Source: Mytilus trossulus (lineage: Eukaryota). Taken from it: 64,000 nt of DNA. The position numbers and the translations under genes are program-made. How positions within the stretch are numbered: position 1 is the first letter of the stretch; each line of letters begins with the position of its first letter. The stretch is from assembly GCF_036588685.1 (NCBI RefSeq), contig NC_086386.1, positions 65,844,001-65,908,000 on the forward strand, in the 5' to 3' direction. Below the pieces are notes generated by a model that saw nothing but the letters and a program-made list of their open reading frames with translations, was not told the DNA's origin and ran no database searches. Below are positions 12,268-24,201 of the stretch, one piece after another.

Positions 12268-12340
12268 TGTTTCCGCTGAGGATTGAACTCAGGACCTTCC
12301 GCGTGTTAAGCGGATGTGATAACCACTACACCACGGAAAC
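12268..12340 (-). tRNA. trnV-AAC: tRNA-Val(AAC)
   Basis: Reverse complement of 866-938. Confidence 0.96.
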
Positions 12341-12746
12341 CATTAATGAATTGTGTCTTATTTATTTATTTATTAGTCAGCTGTCCGACTGATCATTGGC
12401 GTATTGGTGGTTTTTTAATACTCATTTGCATTACTGTGATTTTTTATTAAGAACATTGTATTAAACATTTGAAAAGTCCTTCGTGCAAACTTATAGGAAG
12501 CACTTATAAAACCTAAAAGAAGTACGTGATACATTCTGAAATATGGAAGAGTGCAGTTGAAAACTTTTCTTTTTATCTTGCTCTCCCCATGTGTGTCAGT
12601 GGTTTCATTTTAACCTGTGTGTGCTATAGCAATCTAAGCTGAGAGGCACAAGTTAGACTCTGATGATATGCCTATTTGTTTAGCGATTTTCACATGATAT
12701 ATAAACTGAAGTATAAGTTCGAAAATATTTGATAAGTACATTGTCC

Positions 12747-12819
12747 GGTTCTGTGGTGTAGTGGTTATCACGTCTGCTTTACACGCAGAAGGTCGCGAGT
12801 TCGAACCTCGCCAGAACCT
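12747..12819 (+). tRNA. trnV-TAC: tRNA-Val(TAC)
   Basis: Intact 73-nt copy. Confidence 0.95.
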
Positions 12820-13869
12820 GGTTTGTTTTTGCAAATGGGCACCCCCATAACTTTTAAAAATGAAAGAAATTGTTCGTGTAACTGCAATTGTTTGAAACCG
12901 AAAATTTGGCTAGATATAATTCAGAAATATTTTTTAGCACCCAAGGTCATGTAGCAATCTATTGAAAAACCTATCATCTCCTAAACAGTATGTATACTGA
13001 GGCAAATGTAAAGTCTATATAGCTTTTGGGAGATGACAGAATGGTTCAGAAACTGACATTTGGTACGACGTAACATTATCTAACGTGTTATATATCATAC
13101 TGAATGGCGGTTAAATTGTGTCAGTTGAAGAAAGAAGAAAAAAACGAGAAAAAAAAACCAACCACAGCAATTGCTTTTAACGTGTTACAATTTATAGTAG
13201 CTGTATTGAGAACTTTTACAGTTTTAATGAAAATCCGAATAGTAAATCCTACCGTTTTCTCAAATTGTTAAACTTCGGATTCGAATTAAAAGAGGATAAC
13301 TATACATGCAATTGTGCCGATAATATAGCTAACTTAAACAAGTTGACAAATGATAGGCGTACATTTACTAAAAAGCAAAACAAATAGGGGCATATTCAAG
13401 TGCACCTTTCATGATGCACTCGCCTTAAATGCAATGAAACAATAAAAGTCATTGCTGCCTGAGAATGATTGTTGGTTCCGTCTGATACATGTAGCAAAAT
13501 GACATATCTATTTTATGCAATTTCCTCTCGATTTTGAAATTATTACAATTTGAGATTTCGTAGTAAACCGTCTAGGAAATGAAGTGTTGTTAATCCTGCT
13601 TTCTTTTTCTTCTTCTTTTTTTTTAGTTAAAAAGAGCTATTTATAAAGGTGTAATACCACCATTGATTTTCCCCTATTAGTCTTTGTTAAATTTGCACTT
13701 TTCAAAAAATTGTGTAGAATTTATCTTTGTTTCAAATAAAGAAATACTTGGCATGAGTAAAGTTTTATCCTGTCCAGTTCTATAGAAAAAGTTTCACATA
13801 ACATTTCATTGCATATAAGAAAATAACCATCATTGGAAGTTAACCAATCAAATTTCTCCCCTTATGCTA

Positions 13870-13985
13870 TCTGTGTACAAGGTTTAGTCACCATGCAACC
13901 TCAAGATTACAAAATTTTCTATAGAAATCTGTGTACAAGGTTTAGTCACCATGCAACCTCAAGATTACAAAATTTTCTATAGAAA
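13870..13985. repeat. ~58-bp tandem duplication inside the spacer MITE (also ~33298-33413 and ~35400-35515)
   Basis: tctgtgtacaagg...ttctatagaaa occurs twice in these three units only. Confidence 0.88.
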
Positions 13986-14288
13986 TCGCAAATAAAAAAT
14001 AATGGTATTTTGAAATACCCAAGACATTTGTTTATGACTCAGAAATAGTTTTACTGCAATAAAATGTAGCAACGGTCAAATTCAAGGGAATATTTTTTTA
14101 GACCTACTTTCGTATGCAACCGGATGTGACGTACCATGATTTGGTGGTATTACACCTTTAACATAAAAAAAAAAAGAAGAAAATTTCTCGATTAAAGACT
14201 CTCTCATTTGTATAAGTTGACGCGTCAGTGCCGGGGCAATGTAAGAAAAAAAAACCAAAAAAAAACTTGTCCAAGCCGAAAAAAAGTA

Positions 14289-14361
14289 TGTTTCCGCTGA
14301 GGATTGAACTCAGGACCTTCCGCGTGTTAAGCGGATGTGATAACCACTACACCACGGAAAC
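14289..14361 (-). tRNA. trnV-AAC: tRNA-Val(AAC)
   Basis: Intact copy. Confidence 0.96.
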
Positions 14362-14767
14362 CATTAATGAATTGTGTCTTATTTATTTATTTATTAGTCA
14401 GCTGTCCGACTGATCATTGGCGTATTGGTGGTTTTTTAATACTCATTTGCATTACTGTGATTTTTTATTAAGAACATTGTATTAAACATTTGAAAAGTCC
14501 TTCGTGTAAACTTATAGGAAGCACTTATAAAACCTAAAAGAAGTACGTGATACATTCTGAAATATGGAAGAGTGCAGTTGAAAACTTTTCTTTTTATCTT
14601 GCTCTCCCCATGTGTGTCAGTGGTTTCATTTTAACCTGTGTGTGCTATAGCAATCTAAGCTGAGAGGCACAAGTTAGACTCTGATGATATGCCTATTTGT
14701 TTAGCGATTTTCACATGATATATAAACTGAAGTATAAGTTCGAAAATATTTGATAAGTACATTGTCC

Positions 14768-14840
14768 GGTTCTGTGGTGTAGTGGTTATCACGTCTGCTT
14801 TACACGCAGAAGGTCGCGAGTTCGAACCTCGCCAGAACCT
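14768..14840 (+). tRNA. trnV-TAC: tRNA-Val(TAC)
   Basis: Intact copy. Confidence 0.95.
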
Positions 14841-15512
14841 GGTTTGTTTTTGCAAATGGGCACCCCCATAACTTTTAATAATGAAAGAAATTGTTCGTGT
14901 AACTGCAATTGTTTGAAACCGAAAATTTGGCTAGATATAATTCAGAAATATTTTTTAGCACCCAAGGTCATGTAGCAATCTATTGAAAAACCTATCATCT
15001 CCTAAACAGTATGTATACTGAGGCAAATGTAAAGTCTATATAGCTTTTGGGAGATGACAGAATGGTTCAGAAACTGACATTTGGTACGACGTAACATTAT
15101 CTAACGTGTTATATATCATACTGAATGGCGGTTAAATTGTGTCAGTTGAAGAAAGAAGAAAAAAACGAGAAAAAAAAACCAACCACAGCAATTGCTTTTA
15201 ACGTGTTACAATTTATAGTAGCTGTATTGAGAACTTTTACAGTTTTAATGAAAATCCGAATAGTAAATCCTACCGTTTTCTCAAATTGTTAAACTTCGGA
15301 TTCGAATTAAAAGAGGATAACTATACATGCAATTGTGCCGATAATATAGCTAACTTAAACAAGTTGACAAATGATAGGCGTACATTTACTAAAAAGCAAA
15401 ACAAATAGGGGCATATTCAAGTGCACCTTTCATGATGCACTCGCCTTAAATGCAATGAAACAATAAAAGTCATTGCTGCCTGAGAATGATTGTTGGTTCC
15501 GTCTGATACATG

Positions 15513-15809
15513 AGTAGTATAGTACTTGAACGACTCCAGCGCACCCCCTCCAAAAAAAAAAAAAAATTTGACCCCCAAAAAATTACCCTCATTTCAAGTA
15601 AAAGAGCCCTAAATTTTCATAAAAAAAAGCAAAAAAACACCCCAAAAAACACCAAATTTTCTTACTCCCAAAAATTTTTTTTTTTACTTTTTTTAAAAAA
15701 AAACGTTATTAAAAACACCCAAAAAACAACAAAAAAATTCAAAAAAAAATAAATAAAAAAAACCGGGAGAACAGGCAGAGAAAAAATTCTGTGGGATTTA
15801 AGAGAAAAA
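15513..15809 (+). repeat. Polinton left TIR (main part)
   Basis: Reverse complement of ~30640-30936. Confidence 0.93.
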
Positions 15810-16336
15810 AATAATTTCCCCAGTGCGCCCCAACCTTGATTTTTAATTAATTTTATCAATATAGTCTAGTAATAAAACGGATCAATACGACTACAACTTC
15901 AATTGCTTTTCATAAGCAGCTTTTTATTGAAACTAAGCATACAAATCAATAGCATTACATTAAACCGATGATCAAAGGATCTTTTCACAACTTTCTATAG
16001 TTAATTCAATAGCAACGATCGATTCTGTATAAAACATTATTGATGACAACATGTTGCCTGGGTGATGTAAACATATAGCAGACGTTTATTGACAGTGGAG
16101 AGATTGGAGTATTTCACAAGAAAATCATCTGTAGGTGTTTATTCATTCTATTATTTTGTGTTGTGAATAGATTCCGTTGTAATACTTTTTTATGAAAAAA
16201 AACCAACAATAAAAACACCCAAAAAACAACAAAAAAATTCCAAAAAAAAATAAATAAAAAAACCGGGAGAACTGACAGAGAAAGAATTCTGTGGGATTTA
16301 AGAGAAAAATAAAAAAATCAATTTTTACTTTAAAAA

Positions 16337-16918
16337 ATGAAACAACCTACAGCTCCTAATTTATATCCAGAATTACCTATAGAAGATGGACAAAATTATA
16401 GACTACAAAAAATAACAGAAATAGAAAAAACATTAATAAATGAGAGAGATAAACGAAAATCACTATACAAAAAATATAAACGCGGAGTTAATGTTACTGA
16501 TGGTGTTGATACAAGTTTAATTTCGACATCTGTTGTTTTAGCTGGTATAGGAATTGCTTTTCCTATCTTTCTTCCCATACAAATTGCAGCTGTTGTATGT
16601 GGAAGTTTAGGAGGTCTAGTTAAATTAATTAGAAGAAAGTTGACAACAAAATCAAAAAAACATTATGAAATTAAAACAATGGCAGAATGCAAGTTAAACA
16701 GCATAAAAGATTTAATATCAAAATCTTTAACTGACGGACAGATAAGTTCAGATGAATTTAAACTTATTTTAGATGAATTAGAAAAATTTAATGAGATGAA
16801 AAAAAATAAAAAAAAAGTAATTTTAAAAAGTTTACCAGATGATGAAAGAAAAAAACTAATTGAGGAAACAGAAAATAGAGTAAAAAACGAATTAAAAAAA
16901 AAAATGGAAAATCTTTGA
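16337..16918 (+). CDS. Polinton hypothetical protein with a central hydrophobic (TM-like) hairpin and coiled-coil C-terminus
   Basis: 193-aa ORF starting at the inner TIR boundary. Hydrophobic stretch VVLAGIGIAFPIFLPIQIAAVVCGSLGGLV. Confidence 0.8.
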   Translation: MKQPTAPNLYPELPIEDGQNYRLQKITEIEKTLINERDKRKSLYKKYKRGVNVTDGVDTSLISTSVVLAGIGIAFPIFLPIQIAAVVCGSLGGLVKLIRRKLTTKSKKHYEIKTMAECKLNSIKDLISKSLTDGQISSDEFKLILDELEKFNEMKKNKKKVILKSLPDDERKKLIEETENRVKNELKKKMENL

Positions 16919-17078
16919 TTTTCTTTAATAAAATCGTTATACGAATTTTAGTTGATAACGGAAATCCACCAAACTATGAATCAATTTTTAATTAAATAAA
17001 TGGATGAAGAAACAAAAGAAAAATTAGTAAAAAATGTAAAATAATGTTAAATAAAAAATTTAATTATTTTTATCTTAA

Positions 17079-17351
17079 GGTGGTACCTAACACTACAGGG
17101 AGATAACTCTGTAAAATCATCTAAACGTTTTAATTACGTTACGTTGTTAAGGGAATATTAAGCTTCTGAATGATCAAAATTAGTGTTTGTCAAACTGCTA
17201 TATAACCAGTGTAATTTTTCTGACAAAACGGTTGGTTCAAAATTTTTGAAATTTTTATATATTAGTTAAAGGGTCAAAGTAAATACTTTGATAAAATTTT
17301 ATGAAAATTAAACGAGCCAAATTTATTTTAGTTAAAGTGTTAGGTACCACC
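17079..17351. mobile_element. 273-bp Kolobok-type MITE nested in the Polinton
   Basis: Perfect 16-bp TIR GGTGGTACCTAACACT/AGTGTTAGGTACCACC flanked by TTAA on both sides (17075-17078, 17352-17355). Confidence 0.9.
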
Positions 17352-17402
17352 TTAAGTTGTTTTTAACAGGTTCTTTTTATTGTTTATTATCTAATATTTT
17401 AG

Positions 17403-18723
17403 ATGAATAAAATGGCTGAAGGAGGTTATGAGTTTGATAATGATTATGATAAAGAAGAAGAAGAAACGTCTGTTCAAAATGATGAAGAGTTTCAAAAGTA
17501 TATAAATAAAGAAATTGAAGTAACAAGAGATTTATCAGAAAATGATGCTAAAATTCGTAAAAAAGAAACTACAAAAAAAATGATTAAACAATTTTATAAA
17601 AAAAATGGTGAAACTACACGTAATGAAGTAGGTTTTTTTGTTAGGGAAGATCATAATGAAAGACAAATCTTATATGTAAAAGATGAAAAAGGTAATGATA
17701 TTGCATTAACATATTACCAAAAAGGAGTATTAAAGTTTTATAAATTTAGCACTCTTCAAAGAGAATACGGTGTTAATTTTGTCAGGGATGTTTTAGGTGT
17801 AGATGATTATAAAATATCTGATAATTTAAGAGAAGCTAGAGCAGATTTTCAAGATTTTCAAAGAACGATAAAATCACCAATTCGTGAACTCGATAATATA
17901 GAAATTCCATTACAAGAAATATCTACACAAGAAGAAGGACAAGAATTATTAGAAACAGCAAGTAATGCAGAAACATATGTGAAAGAAATAGAAACTTCAT
18001 TTATTGAACAAGGAACATCTTTAGTAGATAATGAAACACAAACAGAAATGACAAAAAGAGAGATGGATGGAATAATCAGTGCAATGACATCAGTAAAGGA
18101 AGAGATTGCAAATGAATTAGCAAAACTGAATGAAACAAATAAAGACTTAGCAAAAGAAAATGCCAAATTAGAACAAGCTAAAGAAGACAATGATGAATTT
18201 CAAATAGATAGAATACGTAGTCGAATAAGAGAGTTGGAATCTGAGAGAAGTGCAAGAATAGAAGTAATTAATATTAATAGAGAAAAACTACGTAGTCAAT
18301 TAGATAGATTTAAACAAACAATACATAAAATTTTAAACGAAGACAGAACATTAGGTGAAAGAATAAGAACATTATTCAGAGAACAAGGAATAACAATAGT
18401 TAGTGTTTTAACTGCTTTTGGAATGATTATTGGTGTTATTGTTGAGGCATTTACTGGTTCTCCTTCTCCTGCTCCTTCTCCTCCATCAAAAGATGGTGTA
18501 CAAGACTGGATAAAAAAAACAATTAAAAAATCTTGGAAAATTATTATCTTTTCTTGCAGGAAAATTAGCAGCTGCATTACCAGGTATTATAGGTTCTATT
18601 GTTTCTTGGTTATTGTCTGCAACAAAAGACGTAGTAAATTGGTTTGCAAACAACTTATGGGCATTGCTTATTTTAGTTGTTAGTTTATTGTTTACTGCTG
18701 CTAGAGATTATTTGAAAAAATAA
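17403..18723 (+). CDS. Polinton long coiled-coil protein with hydrophobic C-terminus (one extra A in an A-run near 18512-18519)
   Basis: 426-aa ORF. Removing one A restores ...WIKKQLKNLGKLLSFLAGKLAAALPGIIGSIVSWLL...NNLWALLILVVSLLFTAARDYLKK* ending at 18723. Confidence 0.78.
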
Positions 18724-19940
18724 AGTGCTGTAAATCCTATTACAATACTTACAAATATTATTGCTTGTTTATTATCTTCATGATCTTCATGTTCAGTTTT
18801 TTTTATTGGATCTATTTTTGGTTCTTTAGGCTTTTCAGGTTTTATAGGTTCTTGTGGTTTTACAGGTTCTTTTGGTTTAAAATCAACATGATCAAAATTT
18901 TTATTATTTAAATCATCATTTAACCCAAGTGTTTGATTTTCTGTTGCAATTATAATTTTATTATTATAACCAACAATACTTCCAATTTGCAAAACCATAT
19001 CACTGGGAGACATATATAAACCAAGTCCATAAGCATAATCAACTTTACTTCTTGCGTATTTTAAAACATTTTCGTAATTCGATATTTGGGTGGGTAAATC
19101 GATAGGACTATTTATTACATCTTGTACATTTGCTAAGAATTGTTTTTGTGCATCAAATCCTGTTCCTACTTTTAAAATTTTTGTTTTTGTTTGAGATTGT
19201 GCACCTAACAAAGCCCATACATAAATTTTAATACTTTCATTAATACGTTCAATACCTGCTTGTGTAAACCCATTAGAGTTATCTAAAATAAATGTTGTCC
19301 AAGCCATACTTATATCTTTTTCATGATACAATTTATCATGAATATTAAAGAATGGACCATCCTTTTTATGATTTTGTCTATATTCACCACTTGGTTTATA
19401 ATATTGCTCAAAACTTCCTAATCCTTGACATGATGATTCTAGTTTTTGTCTCCAATCTGTATTTGGAGAAATATTAAATTCATCACATATTTTTTGATAT
19501 ACAGCTTTGTCATATGAGTTCTTATAATAACAGAAAGAAGAATCTGTTGGTAAAGGTGATTTAAGTTCTTTTAAAATTCTTGCAATGCAATAATATAAAT
19601 GAAACATATAAAAAGACTTTGTAAGATTTGAAGTATTTTGTATATGATCATTATAAGAAACACCACATCCTGTACTTGCACACCAAACTGCAAAATTTAA
19701 CTGACATTGCCACCAATCAAATGAAGAATGAATCCAGGCATTCCATGGTTCGTTAGTGTGTATTGATGGGTTTTGATAGTTTTGAAATAAATCAGGAAAA
19801 GATGTTTTAAAGTTCTCTTTTTGATTTACAAATATTGTTTGATTTACAAGATTTGTTTTTAATTGATGATCTTTTTCAGAATATTTAATACCTGGATTAT
19901 ATGAAACATTAGGATTATATTTAAATTCTTTTGTTATCAT
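18708..19940 (-). CDS. Polinton hypothetical protein, 410 aa, with PKEP-rich stalk and C-terminal TM anchor
   Basis: Long ORF. WQCQLNFAVWCASTGCGVS core, KPKEPVKPQEPIKPEKPKEP linker, terminal AIIFVSIVIGFTALYFFK. Confidence 0.82.
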   Translation of the reverse strand: MITKEFKYNPNVSYNPGIKYSEKDHQLKTNLVNQTIFVNQKENFKTSFPDLFQNYQNPSIHTNEPWNAWIHSSFDWWQCQLNFAVWCASTGCGVSYNDHIQNTSNLTKSFYMFHLYYCIARILKELKSPLPTDSSFCYYKNSYDKAVYQKICDEFNISPNTDWRQKLESSCQGLGSFEQYYKPSGEYRQNHKKDGPFFNIHDKLYHEKDISMAWTTFILDNSNGFTQAGIERINESIKIYVWALLGAQSQTKTKILKVGTGFDAQKQFLANVQDVINSPIDLPTQISNYENVLKYARSKVDYAYGLGLYMSPSDMVLQIGSIVGYNNKIIIATENQTLGLNDDLNNKNFDHVDFKPKEPVKPQEPIKPEKPKEPKIDPIKKTEHEDHEDNKQAIIFVSIVIGFTALYFFK

Positions 19941-19955
19941 TTTTTTATATTAAAA

Positions 19956-20597
19956 ATGTTTCATACTATTTCAAATATTGATAATACAATAAACTTAGAA
20001 CAATACATAAATAACAGAAATGGAAATAAACGTATTGGTTTGAAATTTATAAGATACAGTATAGGTTGGTATAATGTTTATCATGGGTTTATAACAAAAA
20101 CCAGAGAGGAACAGCAAAGGATTATGAATGGTTATTATAGTTTTCAACAAATAGTGGATGAATTTCAAAAAGAAAATATTGTATTATCCGTAAATGAAGC
20201 AAATGGTATCGCTTCATTAAACACTACTACTGAGTTAAAGATAAGTAAGGGTTTGGGAAATATGTTAGGATTTAATAATAAACGTAAATTCGAACCTAAT
20301 GAATTACATTATGGAAACAAATTTGTGGATTTTGCTATCCATAAATCATTATATATCCATTTGGAACAAGTTAGCACTTCTCATAATTATCTTGATGGTA
20401 AGCCAAGTACATTATTGGCTGTTATTCCAGTCGAGAATAAAGAGTTTGGTGAAGTTATAACAGCGAGATTTGAGCATCCGGAATATAAGTGTTTAGTAAA
20501 TGATGTTATAACAGAATTGAAATTAGAAATAAGAGATGAAAATAATAACAAGATAATTAATCATTTACCAATTAATTGTGTTTTAGAAGTTATATAA
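19956..20597 (+). CDS. Putative minor capsid (penton, single jelly-roll) protein
   Basis: SLYIHL...LDGKPSTLLAVIPV...P.YK.L...ITELKLEIRDENN pattern of Polinton minor capsid proteins. Lies upstream of the MCP. Confidence 0.75.
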   Translation: MFHTISNIDNTINLEQYINNRNGNKRIGLKFIRYSIGWYNVYHGFITKTREEQQRIMNGYYSFQQIVDEFQKENIVLSVNEANGIASLNTTTELKISKGLGNMLGFNNKRKFEPNELHYGNKFVDFAIHKSLYIHLEQVSTSHNYLDGKPSTLLAVIPVENKEFGEVITARFEHPEYKCLVNDVITELKLEIRDENNNKIINHLPINCVLEVI

Positions 20598-20610
20598 TTT
20601 ATTTAATAAA

Positions 20611-21156
20611 ATGAGCATACTTGGTGTCAAAAAAAAAAACGTAGATACATCGGAAATAAAAAAGGAAATATTAAATATGAAGAGTGAGCTTCAAACAAGG
20701 GATACTAAGGATAGAGATTTACGCCGGAGTGTCGCTGCCCTAACCATCAGAGTTTTAAATGTTGAAAATATAGTTAGTAATATTAAAAATAAACCAGACA
20801 AAAAATTAATAAGTATAAATGCTGGAATTGATGGTTCAATACATGCAAGACAAAAGTTTAATTTTGGTGATGGTGGTGGTGGTTATTATGTAATGAACTT
20901 TCCAGGACAAATATTGGGTATTAGTTTAGTAAGTTTAAGAACAAACTCAGATAATATAGATGTTATGATAACTGTTAATAATTATAAGACATATAGTTAC
21001 GGAATAAGTTTAAGTAATGGTGACACACACAGTTATCATAACTTTAATATGCCTTTTGAAGTTAAGGCTGGAGATATTATAGGGTTTGTTAGTGAGAGTG
21101 ATAATTCTACATGTATCAATACTCTAGTATCAGTGATAATTGAATTATTTTTATAA
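20611..21156 (+). CDS. Hypothetical protein, possible fibre/spike (N-terminal coiled coil plus beta-rich C-domain)
   Basis: 181-aa ORF between the penton and MCP genes. Function inferred from architecture only. Confidence 0.65.
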   Translation: MSILGVKKKNVDTSEIKKEILNMKSELQTRDTKDRDLRRSVAALTIRVLNVENIVSNIKNKPDKKLISINAGIDGSIHARQKFNFGDGGGGYYVMNFPGQILGISLVSLRTNSDNIDVMITVNNYKTYSYGISLSNGDTHSYHNFNMPFEVKAGDIIGFVSESDNSTCINTLVSVIIELFL

Positions 21157-21174
21157 CAAATTTAATCCTTAAAA

Positions 21175-22440
21175 ATGTCGGCATACGGAAACAAATTAAA
21201 TCCTTACAGAAAAATAAGAGAACCCCGTGGTGTGAAAGGTATTCGTCAAAGTGTATCAATAACAAATAATCCTTCAACTATTGATCAAAATCAACAGCTA
21301 TTAGTGAGATTCCCCAATCTAAGCAATAATGATGTTATTGTTCCTGGAACAACCAGATTGGCATTTGAAATAGAACTCACATCTACAGACGACAATGCAA
21401 CTATATATCAAAACATAGGAAGAACAATAGTTAAAAAAACAACAATTCGTATAAGTGGAAATGAAATTATGTCAATTGATGATAGTGATATTTATCATTG
21501 TTATGTTGATTTATGGAAATCTACATCTGAACGTTTAAATATGGCATACTAAGGAATTGGTGAAACAAACATGTTAAAACACAGAGTTGGTACGGATGAT
21601 AAAGCATCAAACATAGGGGATGAAGCAATTGCAACTGCATATGGTGCAAGATTTTGTATCCCACTTGATTTTGAACTATTAGAAACTCATATGCCTTTTT
21701 ATCAAGCAGGTCTTGGTGATAGACTTGAATATGAACTTACATTTAATAATTATAGCAATGTTATTAAATCAACAGATACATCTGCAAGTTATACAATCAA
21801 AAACATTTGTTTAGAATTTGATATGGTTACTGATGCAGAATTAGCAAGACAGATAAGACAACAAGTTAATGGTAAGATGGTTATTTTGTACGATAGAATA
21901 CTAAGACATAGAAAAATAACCAAAAACAAATCTGATACATTGTGGAATATAAATTTAAATGTTCCAGCTAGAAGTATGAAAGGAATTCTAATGTTGTTCG
22001 AAGATCCTGAAAGAACAAGTACCGAAACTTATTATAATCCTAACATAACAAAAGTAGAAATGACAATAGAAGGTGTTCCAAATCAACTATACAGTCAAGG
22101 AATGAAAGCATATCAACAATGGGATGAAATAAATAAATTCTTTGCTTTAAATTCAAAAAGAAATAAAACAACAGAAGAAGTTTTAAAGGATTTAAATTTA
22201 TCCTATACAACATTAGAAAAATATCTTACAACTAATTATGCATTATGGTTAGATTTACGTTCAACAGATGACAACTCATTACACGGTTCAGGTAGAAGAA
22301 TTGAAAATGCTTCTGAAGGTATTACTATCCAAATAACTAAAACAGCAGGAGCAAATAAATTAATAAATGTTTATCTGTTTGTTATACAAGATGCACAAAT
22401 TAATTTTGAAGATGGAAGATTTAAAGAAGTTAATTACTAG
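21175..22440 (+). pseudogene. Putative major capsid protein (double jelly-roll, ~421 codons) with an in-frame stop at 21550-21552
   Basis: ORFs 21175-21552 and 21571-22440 share a frame (MAY*GIGETNML). Size, beta-rich pattern (FCIPLDFEL, LEYELTF, LWLDLR) and position fit an MCP. Confidence 0.78.
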
Positions 22441-22808
22441 GAATTACTGTCTTGACGAACAAGTTCTGTTATCCTAATCTGTTCAGAAATTAAATCACTT
22501 TTCTTTATTTCCAATATAGTCTTTTCTTCATTCTCACAGGTTCTTTTTGTTATGAATTTTTTAAGCTTAGTCTTTGCACTAACTTTTTGTCTTGTTAATC
22601 GAAGCCAAATCCGTCTCTTGTTTCTGTCACCAAAATCTTCCTTAGTTTTATTTATTCTCTCGGTTAAATATTCAATTTCCTTTTTTATGCTGTTTATATC
22701 CATATCTTGTATATTTATCGTATTATTACGTTTCACTAATAATGTTTCAAGTTTTTCTAATTCATCCGACACTTTAATTAAATAACATCTTCTCAATTCA
22801 GATTCCAT
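22437..22808 (-). CDS. Hypothetical coiled-coil protein, 123 aa
   Basis: ATG-initiated ORF converging on the MCP stop codon. No recognisable motif. Confidence 0.55.
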   Translation of the reverse strand: MESELRRCYLIKVSDELEKLETLLVKRNNTINIQDMDINSIKKEIEYLTERINKTKEDFGDRNKRRIWLRLTRQKVSAKTKLKKFITKRTCENEEKTILEIKKSDLISEQIRITELVRQDSNS

Positions 22809-22947
22809 TTTGAAGTTACTGTAGCAATATTAAATTGCAAATTTAATTAAAAACCGCACTTTGTTACCTGTAAATATTTACAATGATCGATTTAGTTTAT
22901 TTAAAGTCATATCCTATTGAATTAAATATAAACAGTTTGCTTGGATA

Positions 22948-23052
22948 CAGTAAACATCTCCTTAGTTACAATGAACACTTACTTAGTTACAGTAAACAAC
23001 TCCTTAGATGCAGTAAACAACTCCTTAGATGCAGTAAATACTTACTTAACTA
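22948..23052. repeat. 5 x 21-bp degenerate tandem repeat (CAGTAAACAACTCCTTAGATG)
   Basis: Read directly from the sequence in the non-coding gap between the 123-aa ORF and the integrase. Confidence 0.85.
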
Positions 23053-23352
23053 CAGGTTATTGTAAATTTTACCTGAGAATTTTGTTTACAACTATTAAAC
23101 TTTTACTGACGCAGTTAATTAGTTTGATGCATGATTTAACAAACGAATTCAAGTATGTTTCTTACATTTTGTCGATATTATTGAATTTGTTCTTTTATTA
23201 ATATATATAATATTACAATTGACTGTAGTTAGATTTAAATATCAAATTCACAACGTTTCAACTATTCAAACCAGTAATTACTGTTTGCTATGCAAAACAG
23301 ACATTTAAGATTTAATGGATTTATTCAATGGATTTTAAATCTACCTAGAGAT

Positions 23353-24171
23353 CTAAAACTTAGTCAAAAGTAATTCTTGTTCATAGAAAGCACCTGTTAT
23401 TTCGTCGCCTTTTAAATCAATTATTTTATAAGTAAAAGGAATTGTATTTAAAACTTTTTCAATTACAAATATTTCTTTAGTCCAACGAGTAGTATAACCC
23501 TTTTCAAATTTACCCTTTTTTTTTGTTATTCTTACTCTAGTACCTACTTCGAATTTAGGTTTTTTAATTTTCTCTTCTTTTTCTGGATATAAATTTTTAT
23601 ACACTGTTAATTCATTTTTTAATTTACTTGCTTGAACAGGTGTCATTTTAATTGAAGAATGTACTGTATTATTATAATTTTTAACTAATTTATCTAATAT
23701 ATCATAATATTTTAAAGTTTCATTAGCAGTAAAGTATTTATACATATGTTGTTTCATTGTTCCTATCCATCGTTCCACTACACTGGATTTTTCTTCATTC
23801 TCAGTTGAATATAACTTTATGTTATTATCTTTTAACAATTCTTTTACTTGTCGATTATAAAATTCGGATCCTTTATCTGACCAAATATATATTGGTTTTC
23901 TTTCTTTAAATAATGTTTTAAATGCTTCACTCACTGCTACTCCTGTTTTATTTTTCAATGGAATCAACCAACCATATTTACTAAAAACATCTATAACTGC
24001 TAATAAATATTTATAGTGTTTATTTTGTTTTGAATATTGTTGTATATCTATCAAATCAACTGCCCATGTTTGATCTATTGAATGAACATAAACACGTCTT
24101 TTAGGAAAAGATTTTATAACTCTATGATGTAATTCATCTGCTAATTTATTTGTTAGATTTGTTTTAGACAT
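23353..24171 (-). CDS. Retroviral-like (RVE, DDE) integrase of the Polinton
   Basis: WAVDLID, AVIDVFSKYGW, IWSDKGSEF, SSVVERW, KGYTTRWTKEIF motifs. Likely start MSKTN (the ORF extends to 24219). Confidence 0.96.
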   Translation of the reverse strand: MSKTNLTNKLADELHHRVIKSFPKRRVYVHSIDQTWAVDLIDIQQYSKQNKHYKYLLAVIDVFSKYGWLIPLKNKTGVAVSEAFKTLFKERKPIYIWSDKGSEFYNRQVKELLKDNNIKLYSTENEEKSSVVERWIGTMKQHMYKYFTANETLKYYDILDKLVKNYNNTVHSSIKMTPVQASKLKNELTVYKNLYPEKEEKIKKPKFEVGTRVRITKKKGKFEKGYTTRWTKEIFVIEKVLNTIPFTYKIIDLKGDEITGAFYEQELLLTKF

Positions 24172-24201
24172 TTTGAAGTAACTAAAATGTTTTTTTTTAA
24201 A

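Noticed and set aside
12655-12730. CTGATGA...GAAA hammerhead ribozyme core in the inter-tRNA spacer
   Set aside because: I could not form stems I-III around the core.
15507-15512. Polinton as a tRNA-targeted insertion
   Set aside because: It lies in the spacer ~670 bp from the nearest tRNA, and a single event gives no evidence of specificity.
15510-15859. ORFs in the Polinton TIRs (also 30736-30948)
   Set aside because: Poly-A/T low-complexity translations of the inverted repeats.
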